From Amoebidium appalachense (lineage: Eukaryota > Protista > Ichthyosporea): a DNA stretch of 64,000 nt. This document shows, piece after piece, positions 29,731 through 41,380 of this stretch. The notes under the pieces were generated by a model, which worked only from the letters and a program-made list of their open reading frames with translations, was not told the DNA's origin and ran no database searches. Every line of letters begins with the position of its first letter. The stretch's first letter is position 1. A program made the translations under genes and the position numbers. The stretch covers positions 15,114,418 through 15,178,417 of the forward strand of contig CAVNZM010000001.1 of NCBI GenBank assembly GCA_963693365.1, read 5' to 3'.

Positions 29731-30615
29731 CTATCCACTAATCAGTTCACTAACCAACTCAATCAACCCTTCGCTCTGGAAATCCCGTGGCGGCATGGGA
29801 GACGTGACGTCAAAAAGAACCAACCGGTCAAGGAGTGCAAACGCTGGGTTCTGCGTCTGCAGGCCTAGGCTCAACAGCGAAAAGTCGTGGTCGATCATTT
29901 CGTTGGGTGCAAAAGGTGAGTCAACGGTCATTAATGTTTCTTCCATCGCAGCAAGTAGTCTGTCTGCCAGTTCCTCTTTCATAGTCGTCAGATGCACCTC
30001 ACCGCCGCAGTGAAAAGCCGACGTTAGAGCGTCAATGACTTGGCGGTCAGTAAACCCAAGCGCACTTTTCCCGTTCACGCTTAGAACTGTGCTTCCGGGT
30101 CGGAGTCCTGCCCTATCCGCCGGGGACCCTGCTGCAACGCGTACGATTTCGCCCTTAGAATATTCCTGAATGCCGAAATTACGATCTTTCGGAACTATTT
30201 TGGTGGAGTGGTGCTCGGCGTTTGGGTTGTCCACAACCTCAAGGAAAAGGACGTCGGAGTTGGTAAGCATGTCCGTCATTTGTTGCTCGTCGAGCTCGGT
30301 TACATAGTGCCGGTTGATGGCTACCACTTCATCACCGAAATTTAGACCGGCGCGGTAAGCCGCTGTGTATTGCCTATTCTTTGTGAGCTGGAATACATAC
30401 ACGACGAAAACGCGGAAGTGGTGCGTAGTAAGAACTGCACCAAAACTTTCACCAGACACCTTACTAAGAGTGATCTCGCGGCGTACTTGGCGTTTGAGTG
30501 AGCATTCATCAACGTAGATTTGTGGTGCCTTTGTGTGTGAGTGGCTGATTGACCCAGTGGTAGGGCCTTTGCTGAGCTCATAATTCATGTTTGTGGTTTC
30601 TACAAGCGACATCAC
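29731..30615 (-). CDS. SDCBP: Syntenin-like tandem-PDZ protein, 294 aa, intronless
   Basis: Uninterrupted ORF. PDZ1 (REITLSK...AAYRAGLNFGDEVVAIN) and PDZ2 (KGEIVRVAAGSPADRAGL..G..VLSVNGKSALGFTDRQV) with a very short linker parallel syntenin (REVILCK...GLRFGDQVLQING...NGKITSIVKDSSAARNGL...INGQNVIGLKDSQI). Recognised from family knowledge; orthology untested. Confidence 0.75.
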   Translation of the reverse strand: MMSLVETTNMNYELSKGPTTGSISHSHTKAPQIYVDECSLKRQVRREITLSKVSGESFGAVLTTHHFRVFVVYVFQLTKNRQYTAAYRAGLNFGDEVVAINRHYVTELDEQQMTDMLTNSDVLFLEVVDNPNAEHHSTKIVPKDRNFGIQEYSKGEIVRVAAGSPADRAGLRPGSTVLSVNGKSALGFTDRQVIDALTSAFHCGGEVHLTTMKEELADRLLAAMEETLMTVDSPFAPNEMIDHDFSLLSLGLQTQNPAFALLDRLVLFDVTSPMPPRDFQSEGLIELVSELISG

Positions 30616-30736
30616 TATGACAAGCTAGTAGGAAAAATAAACAAACTGGCAAGTTGTGTCTGCCAAACCCCAAGCTCCAAGCTCGGACAGTGTTGCAGTT
30701 GTGCAGCAGAGCGCTGGTAGATTGCGATGGAGTGGG

Positions 30737-30800
30737 CCTTTTTATATGCGCGGATCACAAGTCTCTTTGCCAAGACCATTACAATGATAAATAACCAATA
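30737..30800 (-). promoter_or_regulatory. Putative core promoter of the syntenin-like gene (TATA-like CATATAAAAAG about 125 bp upstream of ATG, CCAAT element near 30795)
   Basis: Motifs visible at plausible spacing; function is inferred. Confidence 0.5.
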
Positions 30801-30824
30801 GAATCGTCGCGCGCGTGTGGTGCC

Positions 30825-31759
30825 CAAGCCGGCATTGCCGGTCTAGACCGGACCGACGGTTCTGACCGGTCCTGGGGTAGGACCGGACCGGACCGGTCCC
30901 TATTTTGGCGGACCGGTTCAGCTGGGCCGTTTTTTATGAGGGCATATATGTTGTGTCTTTTTGCCCCCGAGGTAGACCGTCACAGTGCACATTGTCCCCA
31001 GCACGAGTAATTCCCCCCTTCCCTCCCCTCTCCATTCCTCTGCCCTTTCTTCTCCACTCTCTCCCCTCACTTTCCTCACACTCATGATCATGCTCTCCAT
31101 TCTAAGATCTCGTTATATTCGTTATATTCATTATACTCGACACTAAGATCTCTGACACAAGAGACAGGTCATGACAGTGACTCCCATGAGATTATGCAGT
31201 GCGCCAGTGGCTCAACACCCGAGCCAAAAATTATATAAAAGGAGGAGAGCATCTGTTGCTTGTGCTAGCAAGCGCCTTATAGCTAGTGCAAAAGCTATCA
31301 CTGCGGAGCTGAGAGGGCACTAGTACTGATGGTAGCGTGCACATGCATGGGAGGGGGTAAGCTTGATGGGAGGGTGCACGGCAAGGGAGGGAGAGAAGCC
31401 TTGCTGAGAAGGGCCCCAGGCCACAAAGCTTTTAGGGGAGGGTGGGCCGAGGGGGCGGGCTACGGCTGGGCCTACCAGTGAAGCCCCCGGTTAAGTTGGA
31501 CCCGGGGGCCCGGGGGGGGGGGGGGAGGGGGAGCCCGCGAGGGGGGGGGGAAGGGAGGGGGGGGGGGGGGGGGGGGGGGGGGGCAGGGAGAGAGGGGGGA
31601 GGGAGAACTGCCAAGGCTAGTTTAGGGAGGCTCCGGGGCCCTTGGGGGGGGGGGGGGGGGGGGGGGGCCGGACCCCTGAAGAGGACCAATTTCGGACCGG
31701 GACCGGACCGATGAAAAGCCGGACCGGACCGGACCTATAGGGGGGTGAGCAATGCCTTG
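30825..31759. mobile_element. Non-autonomous hAT-type DNA transposon (935 bp)
   Basis: Perfect 8-bp TSD GTGGTGCC at 30817-30824 and 31760-31767. Imperfect TIRs CAAG(CCG)GCATTGC / GCAATGCCTTG. Clusters of subterminal GGACC/GACCG repeats at both ends. No transposase ORF. An 8-bp TSD with subterminal repeats is typical of hAT. Confidence 0.8.
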
Positions 31760-33190
31760 GTGGTGCCATGAACCGGACTCATCATGGAGGATTCTGCAAA
31801 GTCGTGAAGAGAATTTGAGAATATAATAGCAATAGAATCGTACGAGATTAATGCATTAGGATTTAGATTGTTTGCGTTAAAAAATATTTTTTATGCTTTA
31901 TGCTAAATTTCCCGCTCTAAAATACGGGCGGGCAGTGTGCTGCGAGCGGAATCGATCATGACGCACATGAGATTATGATGCACAACGTTCCAACCAATCA
32001 GAAATCCCCAGGTGTGTTGTTGATATGATAGTTGATTTGACCGTTGGGACGTTGCGACGATGCGAAAACCTCTATTGATTGGTTTCTCAGATGTTTACAT
32101 CGCTGCACCAATGGACGCACCATGTGAGCCATTGCGCAAAAAAAATGCGCCAAGTAACAAAGATCCATATTGTCATTTGTAACAACAGCCCTGCCTTGGC
32201 AATGATGATGAGTTATAAATAACAAAAGTGTATTGGATAAAGATAATATTCAATTCAAGCTTGAAGTTGTGCCGTATTCACTTATCATAGCTCTGCGCGC
32301 CTGGGCCTCGTGTCAGCATCGACCGTTTGATTGGAGATCTACCGTTCTGGATCGAAAAACCTGTGAGGCTGTGTTGCTTCGATGCATCCCGATTACGTCT
32401 TTTGTTCCCAGGTTAAACCCAAAAAAATCATATGGCCTGGGAAACTCCAGCAACTGGAGAGATATATAGTTGCCTTTGTCTTATAATCCTTTGATTTCTT
32501 GCTCGAAACGATAATGTTGAGGCACATGAAGTGGATCAACGGTTGTGCGCATTTCTTGGGTTTGTGTTTTTGCCCGCCTCGAGCATTTGGGCAATTTTGC
32601 CAATCATAATGAGGCTGTGGTGTTCTATAATCCAATCATAACGCTCTTTTGCTGTGTCAAACCTCCATTTGTTTGGTCAGGTCGAATGTTTGGGCGCGAA
32701 TGGCCCGGCCCCCCGCGCGGGGATCCACCTGGTATGCACAATTTGTACAAAAATTGTGTAGGCCTATTGCACATTCGTCCAACACAAACAGTACATAGAT
32801 ACACATAAATACCCCGTTGTAATTAAAAAAAGCATGCTGCACTCCACTCTGCACAACGAGCCTGGTGCGGCGTGAGCCAGTCACGATGCACTGTGGACGG
32901 TGGTGACCAGTGGCCAGTGGCCACCGCGACCGTCTGCCTGGTGGCGCTGTCAGTGTCACCGCCGCCATCATGTGGGGTTGCTGACTCAGAGCAGCTTGTG
33001 TCAAAAAACGTGGGCGTGGTGGTGGCTGCTGACTGGCTGAGTCGAAAGTGCGTCGTGCAGGTGTGGCTGGACACGTGGACGTGGTGCTTTGATACGGAGT
33101 CAATACGGCGGAAGCGTGCATGTATGTTTGGGCCTTTGTGCTTGGCCAAGCCACTTGAGCAGCTGCAGTTTGTAGCGCAGCCTACTGCGA

Positions 33191-33480
33191 CTACCTTATT
33201 AGGCTAAGAGAAAAAGCAACACATGCCTGGAACACACACAAAACACACCCACGCTCGCACGCACGTGGAACACAAGCGAAAAACACCCACGCGCACCTGC
33301 ACGTGCATACTGAGACACACGCACACACGCACACGCACACATGTACACACACACACACGCACACACGCACACACCGGTCACGAGTGAATCAAGGGTAACT
33401 CAAATCACGTCACACGCGGGAACAAGCACAGACACGTGCAACAACAGGCACACACACACATGTACACACACACACACACA

Positions 33481-33524
<44 letters not shown>

Positions 33525-33774
33525 CACTCATACCGTGCACGTGGCACACGTATGTATGCCGAATACACGCACACAAACACACACACGCACGCACACTGAA
33601 ACACACATGCCGAGACACTGACAGACAAAAACACACAGTCATGCACACAAAGGCACGACTGAAACAGGCATACAAAGCCACTGTGGAGCTGGCACAGGCA
33701 GTGGAGCTGTGACCGTCACGTGCACTGCACGCACACCTTTAGACACACCGAAACGCATTGTGGGCACACACGCA

Positions 33775-33823
<49 letters not shown>

Positions 33824-34008
33824 ACACACACATCGTCACAAACAACAGATACACGCACACAGCCACGCATAATAAACTCAAAACACACACACACACACCA
33901 CACACACACACATACACACATAAAATATGTGGGCCGTCACAGTCCTCAAACACGCAAGTGCATACACACGACCGCAAAACGGGTGCACACTAGCACGCGC
34001 CTAGCTAG
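33191..34008 (+). mobile_element. Possible non-autonomous Helitron-like element carrying (CA)n/(GA)n microsatellites
   Basis: The 3' end has a short GC hairpin (CGGGTGC-ACACTA-GCACGCG) followed by CTAGCTAG|T. The 5' end A|CTACCTTATTAGGCTAAGAG resembles Helitron 5' ends but lacks the initial T of TC. No TSD. Confidence 0.3.
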
Positions 34009-34390
34009 TGTACTAATGGATGGGCAACCCACTGGCGGAAGATGATCCTCCAGGCAAATAACCTTGCTAAGTATTTTCGTCACATTTAAACTGTACCGTG
34101 TGTTTATAACATATTTTAGCATTGCATTTTTCTTTTCTTTCTTTTTCTTTTTTTTTTTTTTTTTTTTTTTTGGGGGGGGGGGGAGGGGGAGGGGGGGAGG
34201 AGGAGGGACGTCGACAAATCTGGTGGTCCCCTGACGCCCGCCTATTAATAGCCACGTAGGCCGGAAAACAGGTTCTTTGATGCTCCATGGGAACAATACT
34301 GGAGCTCGAGCTAGAATCTTAGCCCTCACCTGGCTTAAAGGTATTGAACTGTTGAACTGCCCATGAAACATAATTTAAGGATCCTGTGGT

Positions 34391-34423
<33 letters not shown>

Positions 34424-35212
34424 GGGGAAGGGGGAGGGGGGGGGGGGGGGGGGAAGGAGGGGGAGGAGGAGGGGGGGCACAACGGAAGACATTAACAACT
34501 CTATTAATGTTGATCTTTTTTTGCATCAGGGTAACTCCAGCCTCTAAACACTGTATTCGTTTGCATCACATTACATGTACTTAGAGATAGCACCTTATTC
34601 TCAAGAGTTTCCCCATTACCGTTACTAATATATAAAAAACCCTCAATTTGAAAGTCTGCACAAGGCTTCGAATTCGCCAGTGGAGCTTTCTGCTCCTGCC
34701 TCTTCCACCAAATTCACTCCTGACGTCGACCTTTAATGCTCCCCCTCTCACCCCTAATCGTCACTTATTGAGCCACATTCCTCAGTCATATTGCGCCTTC
34801 GTAAAAAAATCTCCGTCACCCTGTAACAATCACGGATTTTCATAACACAGCCCAGAGTTAGTTCCTTCCCCCCCCCCCCCCCCCCCCCCTCCTTCACCCA
34901 CTCGCTCTTTTAAATGCCAAAGTGACTCTTACAGACTATAGCTATGTAAGAGGAAACCGTTCATACTCACTCAGGCACCATGATCACCGATGTTAAGTTT
35001 CACCTTCAGACATCGAATCTCACCAGTTCTCCCCCCCCCCCCCCCCCCTCGCTACCCCTCCTCCCTACCCCTCCCCCCCCCCCCCCCCCCCCCCCCCCAC
35101 CCACCCACCCACCCACCCACCCACAAAAATTCCCCCATCCACCCACCCACCCACTGTACCACCCAACCACGTACCCTTATCCCCATCCCGCCACCCCCCT
35201 TCCCGCCACACA

Positions 35213-35288
<76 letters not shown>

Positions 35289-35293
35289 GACAT

Positions 35294-35335
<42 letters not shown>

Positions 35336-35777
35336 GCACAAACACACGCACACACGCACGTGCGCGCGCACACACAGGCACTAACACCCCAACATTTATT
35401 TGCAAACTTCTATTCGTGCACTTTTTTGCTGTAACAGTTGATTCTGTTTGTTCTGTATCAACATGTACAAATCGCGGCGTGTTTATCTCACCAGGCTGTG
35501 CACGTACTAAGTAGTATATGTTGCACTACCATATCGGATTACATTATATCAGCACCGTTGTGTATTTAATTTTGTGCTTACACCGTCTTGTTTAACTTGC
35601 ACCTGTGGCCGCGAGTGGTATATTGTGATATCGATCTCAGCCAATGTTCAGCCTTCGAGGCTCAGGCTGCCTGTCCCCTTCCTCCCCCCCCTCCCCCTCC
35701 CCTCCCCCCTCCCCCCCCTCCCCCCCCCCTCCCCTTCCCCCCTCCTTCCCCTCGGCTTCCCGCCCTCAAATATTCCC

Positions 35778-35894
<117 letters not shown>

Positions 35895-35922
35895 TCTCCC
35901 CCTCCCCCTCCCCGCCCCCCCT

Positions 35923-35958
<36 letters not shown>

Positions 35959-36103
35959 AGTCCCTGCCTCCCTCCCTCCCTCCCTCTCCCTCTCTCCCGC
36001 CCCCTCTCTCTTTCTCTCTCGCGTGCGGCTCTCTCTCTATTTCTCTTTCCCCCCCCCCCCCCCCCCCCCCCCTCCCTCTCTTTCGATCTCTCATCCCTCC
36101 CTC

Positions 36104-36144
<41 letters not shown>

Positions 36145-36319
36145 CCCCCTCCCCCCACACGCGTGCATGTGGGTGCTCGATCGTGAGACGCCTGGGTGAG
36201 TTGCAATTGGGGCCGATGGTTTGGTAGTGTGCGTACTTTTTGCCGTTGGTGGTGCCGGTACCGGTGTGTGTGTGTGTTTTTTTTTGTTTTTTGTTTTTTT
36301 TGTTGTTTTTTTCTTTTTT

Positions 36320-36358
<39 letters not shown>

Positions 36359-36898
36359 GGGGGGGGGAGGGGGGGTACATCGATTGCGATCGTCGATCTC
36401 TCGCTGTAAGCGATTGCATTTTATGCTAAGCGAAAGCAATCCTGGAACTTGGGGGGGGCTCACGAGCCCGACGTCTAATGCTAAACGTCGATGATCGAAA
36501 GAACACCAAGGCAAATTCTACACAACGGGAATCGCCATCTGAGATATCTACGGTGTACGGTGTGCACAGTTTATCATAGGGCAGATGAACGTTGACTAAA
36601 CCTCGGAAATGGTCACAAATATATGTGCTGTGTATTCTAGAGAGCTTTTTTGAAAACGCCGTGACACTTGTTAGAAGCTTTGATTAAAATTGACGGACAC
36701 AATTGTTTTGCTCGGCACTCTTCGGGCAAACATGATTGTTGAGAGTCCATGATAAGCTCACATATGCTTGAGAGTAAACATCCAACCGCTTGTTGTTGTG
36801 GACTTTACATGCATGGAACCCATGTTCAGCAAGTTTCCAATTTTGCTAGGCAATACAGTAATGTACCAACATTAAACATGTGACATGCTTACTACAGA

Positions 36899-38599
36899 AT
36901 GATCTCTTCGAGGATCTTTTTTCTCCTGTGGACGCTCTTCTCTACTACAGGTGGGGCACCCACCTTGCCCAGCAACACAGGTGTGGCGCCATCAACATTG
37001 CCCACCTTTCCCCCACCGTCAGGCACCTTGCCATCTCCAACACACACTGTTTCATTGCCGCCCACAAGTTTAAACATCTCCGAAAATGGGGCGGTTGCAA
37101 CGAGTACTACTGTTTGCACCAACACGCCAGGGCTGGGCACTGATGCCATTGGATTGGCGTGCAGCAACCACACAGAATGCAGCGCGCATCACTACACACT
37201 CTTTTGCGACCCAGACACAGGCACATGCATGCAAACAAAGGAAAAGGGCGAGGATTGTGCGGCATGGTACGAATGCCGAGGCGATAGCGATGAGGTATGC
37301 TTTGACGGAAAATGCACGTATACGGAAGAGGTAAATTGGGAAAAGGTGGAGGAGTTGCGTGCGGATGTTGGTGATGAGTGCGACATGGTTTACACCCGCG
37401 ACTACTCAAAGCAGTGCAAGCAGTGGGAGTTGGTTTGCATCGACGGGATATGTGAGAGGAAAAGGGGAGTTAACGAGAGCTGCGTCCACAACAGTAGCGA
37501 TCCAACCTTTACCCATGGGTTTAATCCCAACGTCTGTGAAAACCAGCTCATATGTCGGCACGGTACCTGCCGTACGTACGATGATGTTGTCCCCCTGGGA
37601 GGTGCATGCTACTGGGACCACGACTGCACAGACTCAGGTGCTGATGCATACTGCTCCCCGGAGCTGCACGTGTGCACCAAGTTTAAGGGGTTCAACGAAA
37701 CTTGCGTCTCCGCCACGATTGATGGGTTCCATTCGAACGAATGCATGCCCGGCTTGGTGTGCCGCCGCGGGAATTGCCGTCCGTATGAAGAAAAGCTTGG
37801 GCCGGGTGAATTATGCGACTACATGGCGATGAGCTTCCCTGGGCCGGGGTGTGGGTTTGGGTACAACTGCCTACCTGCCACCATCTCTAATGAAACAGAC
37901 ATGTTAATTAGCAGCAACACAACAGAAAACGGCACGGTAGGAGTACCAAACACCACATCAGGGGGCACAAACACAATTACCGACACCATTGGAGAGAGTG
38001 CACAGAACAACACCGGCACCAATACATCCGTAGCAAATATAAGCGCCAATGTGCAGCCGTTGAACGGAGACCTATTCTCGTTTGGTGAGTACCGATGCAT
38101 CAAACTCCGGGGCCTAAACGAAACATGCAACATGTACCGCCCATGTGACGGGTTTTCACAGCTGTGGTGCCGTAAGGGCATCTGTCGCCCGCAAGAGGAA
38201 AAGTTGGGTCTTGGGGATGAATGCAACCACTACACTGAATGTGCAAAGGATATGTATTGCCACTATGACGTGGATGTGTGTGGCGTACCCCTTCCGGGCC
38301 CTGGGACGTGCGCACAGAGAGTGAATTTGGGCGAGAAATGTGATGGACGTGGCGAGAATCCGTGCCCTTACGGTTCATATTCGAGATGTGTTGATGGTAG
38401 GTGCACGGATGTGGGGGGGAAGGGACCGAACGAGGTGGGGGAGGAAAATAACGTGGAAGTGGAAGAAAACAACGAGGGTGACGAAGTGAATAACGAGGAG
38501 GATGAAGGAAACAACGAGGAGGATCAAGACAGCAACGAGGAAGATAAAAACAACGAGGACGACGGAGACGAGGAGAACGAAGGGGGCGAGGAATATTAA
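36899..38599 (+). CDS. Secreted cysteine-rich repeat protein, 566 aa, intronless, with S/T/P-rich linkers and a D/E/N-rich C-terminal tail
   Basis: Long high-complexity ORF. N-terminal signal peptide (MISSRIFFLLWTLFSTTGG|AP). Roughly ten G-E-x-C...C...C..G.C modules, some clearly duplicated (KFKGFNETC...CRRGNCRPYEEKLGPGELC vs KLRGLNETC...CRKGICRPQEEKLGLGDEC). Many N-x-S/T sequons. No TM or GPI signal. Confidence 0.85.
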   Translation: MISSRIFFLLWTLFSTTGGAPTLPSNTGVAPSTLPTFPPPSGTLPSPTHTVSLPPTSLNISENGAVATSTTVCTNTPGLGTDAIGLACSNHTECSAHHYTLFCDPDTGTCMQTKEKGEDCAAWYECRGDSDEVCFDGKCTYTEEVNWEKVEELRADVGDECDMVYTRDYSKQCKQWELVCIDGICERKRGVNESCVHNSSDPTFTHGFNPNVCENQLICRHGTCRTYDDVVPLGGACYWDHDCTDSGADAYCSPELHVCTKFKGFNETCVSATIDGFHSNECMPGLVCRRGNCRPYEEKLGPGELCDYMAMSFPGPGCGFGYNCLPATISNETDMLISSNTTENGTVGVPNTTSGGTNTITDTIGESAQNNTGTNTSVANISANVQPLNGDLFSFGEYRCIKLRGLNETCNMYRPCDGFSQLWCRKGICRPQEEKLGLGDECNHYTECAKDMYCHYDVDVCGVPLPGPGTCAQRVNLGEKCDGRGENPCPYGSYSRCVDGRCTDVGGKGPNEVGEENNVEVEENNEGDEVNNEEDEGNNEEDQDSNEEDKNNEDDGDEENEGGEEY

Positions 38600-39301
38600 T
38601 TTATAAGAGGTGCAAGCGGTACAAGATGGAAAAAATTATTTGGCCATTTGTCAAATGATTTTGGTGTTATGGTGTGACTGTGTGACTGTGTGTGTGTGTG
38701 TGTGTTTGTGTGCTTTTCTCGTGGTCGTGAGTGCACACACACGGCTAAATTGTATCATGATTCACCAAAACGAGTTTTCTGTGTGTATTTGGGGTGGAAA
38801 GGGAGAGCGGGCGGCTAATGTGAGGATTTCATAAACTTGCCCAGGGAATGAAATGAGGAGATAGGAGGGGAAGGAGGGGGCCCGGAGGGGGGGGGGGGGG
38901 GGGGACGTGGGAGAGAGGGAGAGGGAGCGAGATTTCTGTATACACCCACCTGTTATGAGCCATCCAAAGGCACAGTTTGTGCCATGTTCTTCTGTAAAAT
39001 AGTGCGCGGATTGAATAGTATATTTACTGCGCATGTATGTACAAGTGATACTAGTATTAGCTGTTGCGAAAAGCACATTCAGGTTGCGATAAGACTTTCG
39101 TATTTTATTGGTTGTGAAGTGCAGTGTAATTGCTATAAGTGACTGCTCTGCGACGTCAAGACTCAGTCATACAAGCCCATTAAGCGCGGTTCTGTATAAT
39201 TGTAATAATAATCCCAATCAATAGGGTTATGTATAATAATATAAAAAATCACCCCTCTGAGCCCGGGATCTGATATAACACGATATTGTAAAGACAACAG
39301 T

Positions 39302-39351
<50 letters not shown>

Positions 39352-40654
39352 ACGAGTATGCTCGCCTGCAGCTGCAGAGCTGGTTAGGTGTGTCAGATGT
39401 GTCGACACGTACGATTCCTGTGCGTGCTTCACCCACGTGTTCCTCAAGCACCTCTTACATTGCGTGCACATATATATATACCATACACGCCCCTACCAAG
39501 GTCGTAATACTGAATACCACACACACACACACATACACACACACGCACGCACACACACACACACACACACACCGTGACACACACACACACAGACACACAC
39601 ACAGACATACACACACACAAACACACACAGCACAGACACACACACATACACACACCTACGCCCAGGCAGGCATATTCGACACATCCACAGTCGTACCCTG
39701 TGACCCTGCCTCCCCCCTAGTGGTAACTTTGCCGACTGTGAGGTGTGCGCTGCACTTGTTTCCATTGGTCGAAATGCTGACCGTCGATGGCTTTCCACCA
39801 ATCAGCTGCAAGGTGGCCTTGATGCCACAGTTGTCGTATGTCAGTCGCTCTCTGTTTTTTTTTTTTTTTTTTTTTTTTTGTAGAGGGGGGGGGGGGGGGG
39901 GGGTCTGTGAATGTGACTGCGTGTGCTGATGTCACCTCTAGGGCACCATTATAAAAGGGGGGAGGGGGAGGGAGGGAGGGGGGGGGGGGGGGTAGAGGCG
40001 TTCTGGGAGAGGGGGGATGGGAGGGAAGGTGGCTGTGTTGGAGAAAGAGGGAAGGAGAGGGGAGCCCAACCGTGACATAGGGGGTGGCATGAAGGGTCTG
40101 TTGGTTAGTGGCATACAAGAGTGGGTTGGTGGGGCGTGGCAGGTAACTCTCTGTCTCTCTCCGTCCCTCCCTCCCTCGCTTCCCCTTTCTCTCCCTCTTT
40201 CTCTGTTGCTTCCCCTCCCCTCCACTTCCTCCCCTCCCCCCCTCCCCCCCCTCCCCCCCTTCCACCTGGCCCCCCAACCGCTCCCCCCCGCCCCTCCCTC
40301 TGCCCCCCCTCCCCCCTCCCCCCCCCAAAAAATCCACCTCTCCTCCCCAACATCTAAATTCAAGTCTCTTTCTATAATAGGTTCACGTCCTTCCCATCGT
40401 TTCCTAAAATGGCAAACACTCACTCACACCCATTGGACCCCACCTGTGGCTAGATCTCCAGGCTCGTCCTGCTTTGGGGACCTCACAACCAGCCCATTCA
40501 CGTATTGCTGCATTTCTTTAACAACGTCATCCACCCACATAGTGAGCAGGGAGACGTTTTTTCCCTTGTGGTTAAAGAACACGAGGTTTGCCTGGTGGAA
40601 CATGTAGGGGTCCTGCCGGTACTGGAAGAACATGTGCACTGCCGCCCGCGCCTC

Positions 40655-40850
40655 CCTAATTAGGAAATAGTGCTTGGGTTAGTTGCCTGATTAGGAAAGA
40701 GTGCTTGGGTTAGTTGCTCGGGAAAGGTACTTGTGTCCGTTCCCTAATCAGGAAATATAGTGCCTGTGTCATTTCCCTAAATAGGAAATAGATCCTCGGC
40801 GAGGAAAGAGTCCTTGTGTCAGTCCCCCTATTAGAAAAGAGTGTTTGGGC
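40655..40850. repeat. Degenerate tandem repeat, about 7 x 31 bp (CTAATTAGGAAATAGTGCTTGGGTTAGTTGC), abutting a 3' splice site
   Basis: Repeated AGGAAAxAGTGCTTG units visible; divergence increases away from the exon. Confidence 0.75.
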
Positions 40851-41143
40851 CACTACGATCAGTAACTTCCTTAGTGGTTAGGAACTAAACGAAAAGGTTG
40901 CATTTGTCCTAAACAGAATGTAGGGAAATCTTGGGGAAGAGATGCTGGTGCCCGCCGGAGGGGGAGTGGAGGGGAAGTGTGTGTGTGTGTGTGTGTGTGT
41001 GTTGGGGGGGGGGGGGGGGGGGGGGGGGGGACGGGGTTAGGGGGGTTCATGGAATGCACCCTAAGCACAGTGGTCCCAGAATATCCTTTGTTTACGGTTT
41101 GCAATCTCTCGCAATGATTCTTCATAGCCTCCACCCTCCCCCC

Positions 41144-41288
<145 letters not shown>

Positions 41289-41295
41289 TTTTTCT

Positions 41296-41332
<37 letters not shown>

Positions 41333-41338
41333 GACACA

Positions 41339-41380
<42 letters not shown>

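Noticed and set aside
32657-33207. Overlapping ORFs in a GC-rich block
   Set aside because: No recognisable protein motif or splice structure; left unannotated.
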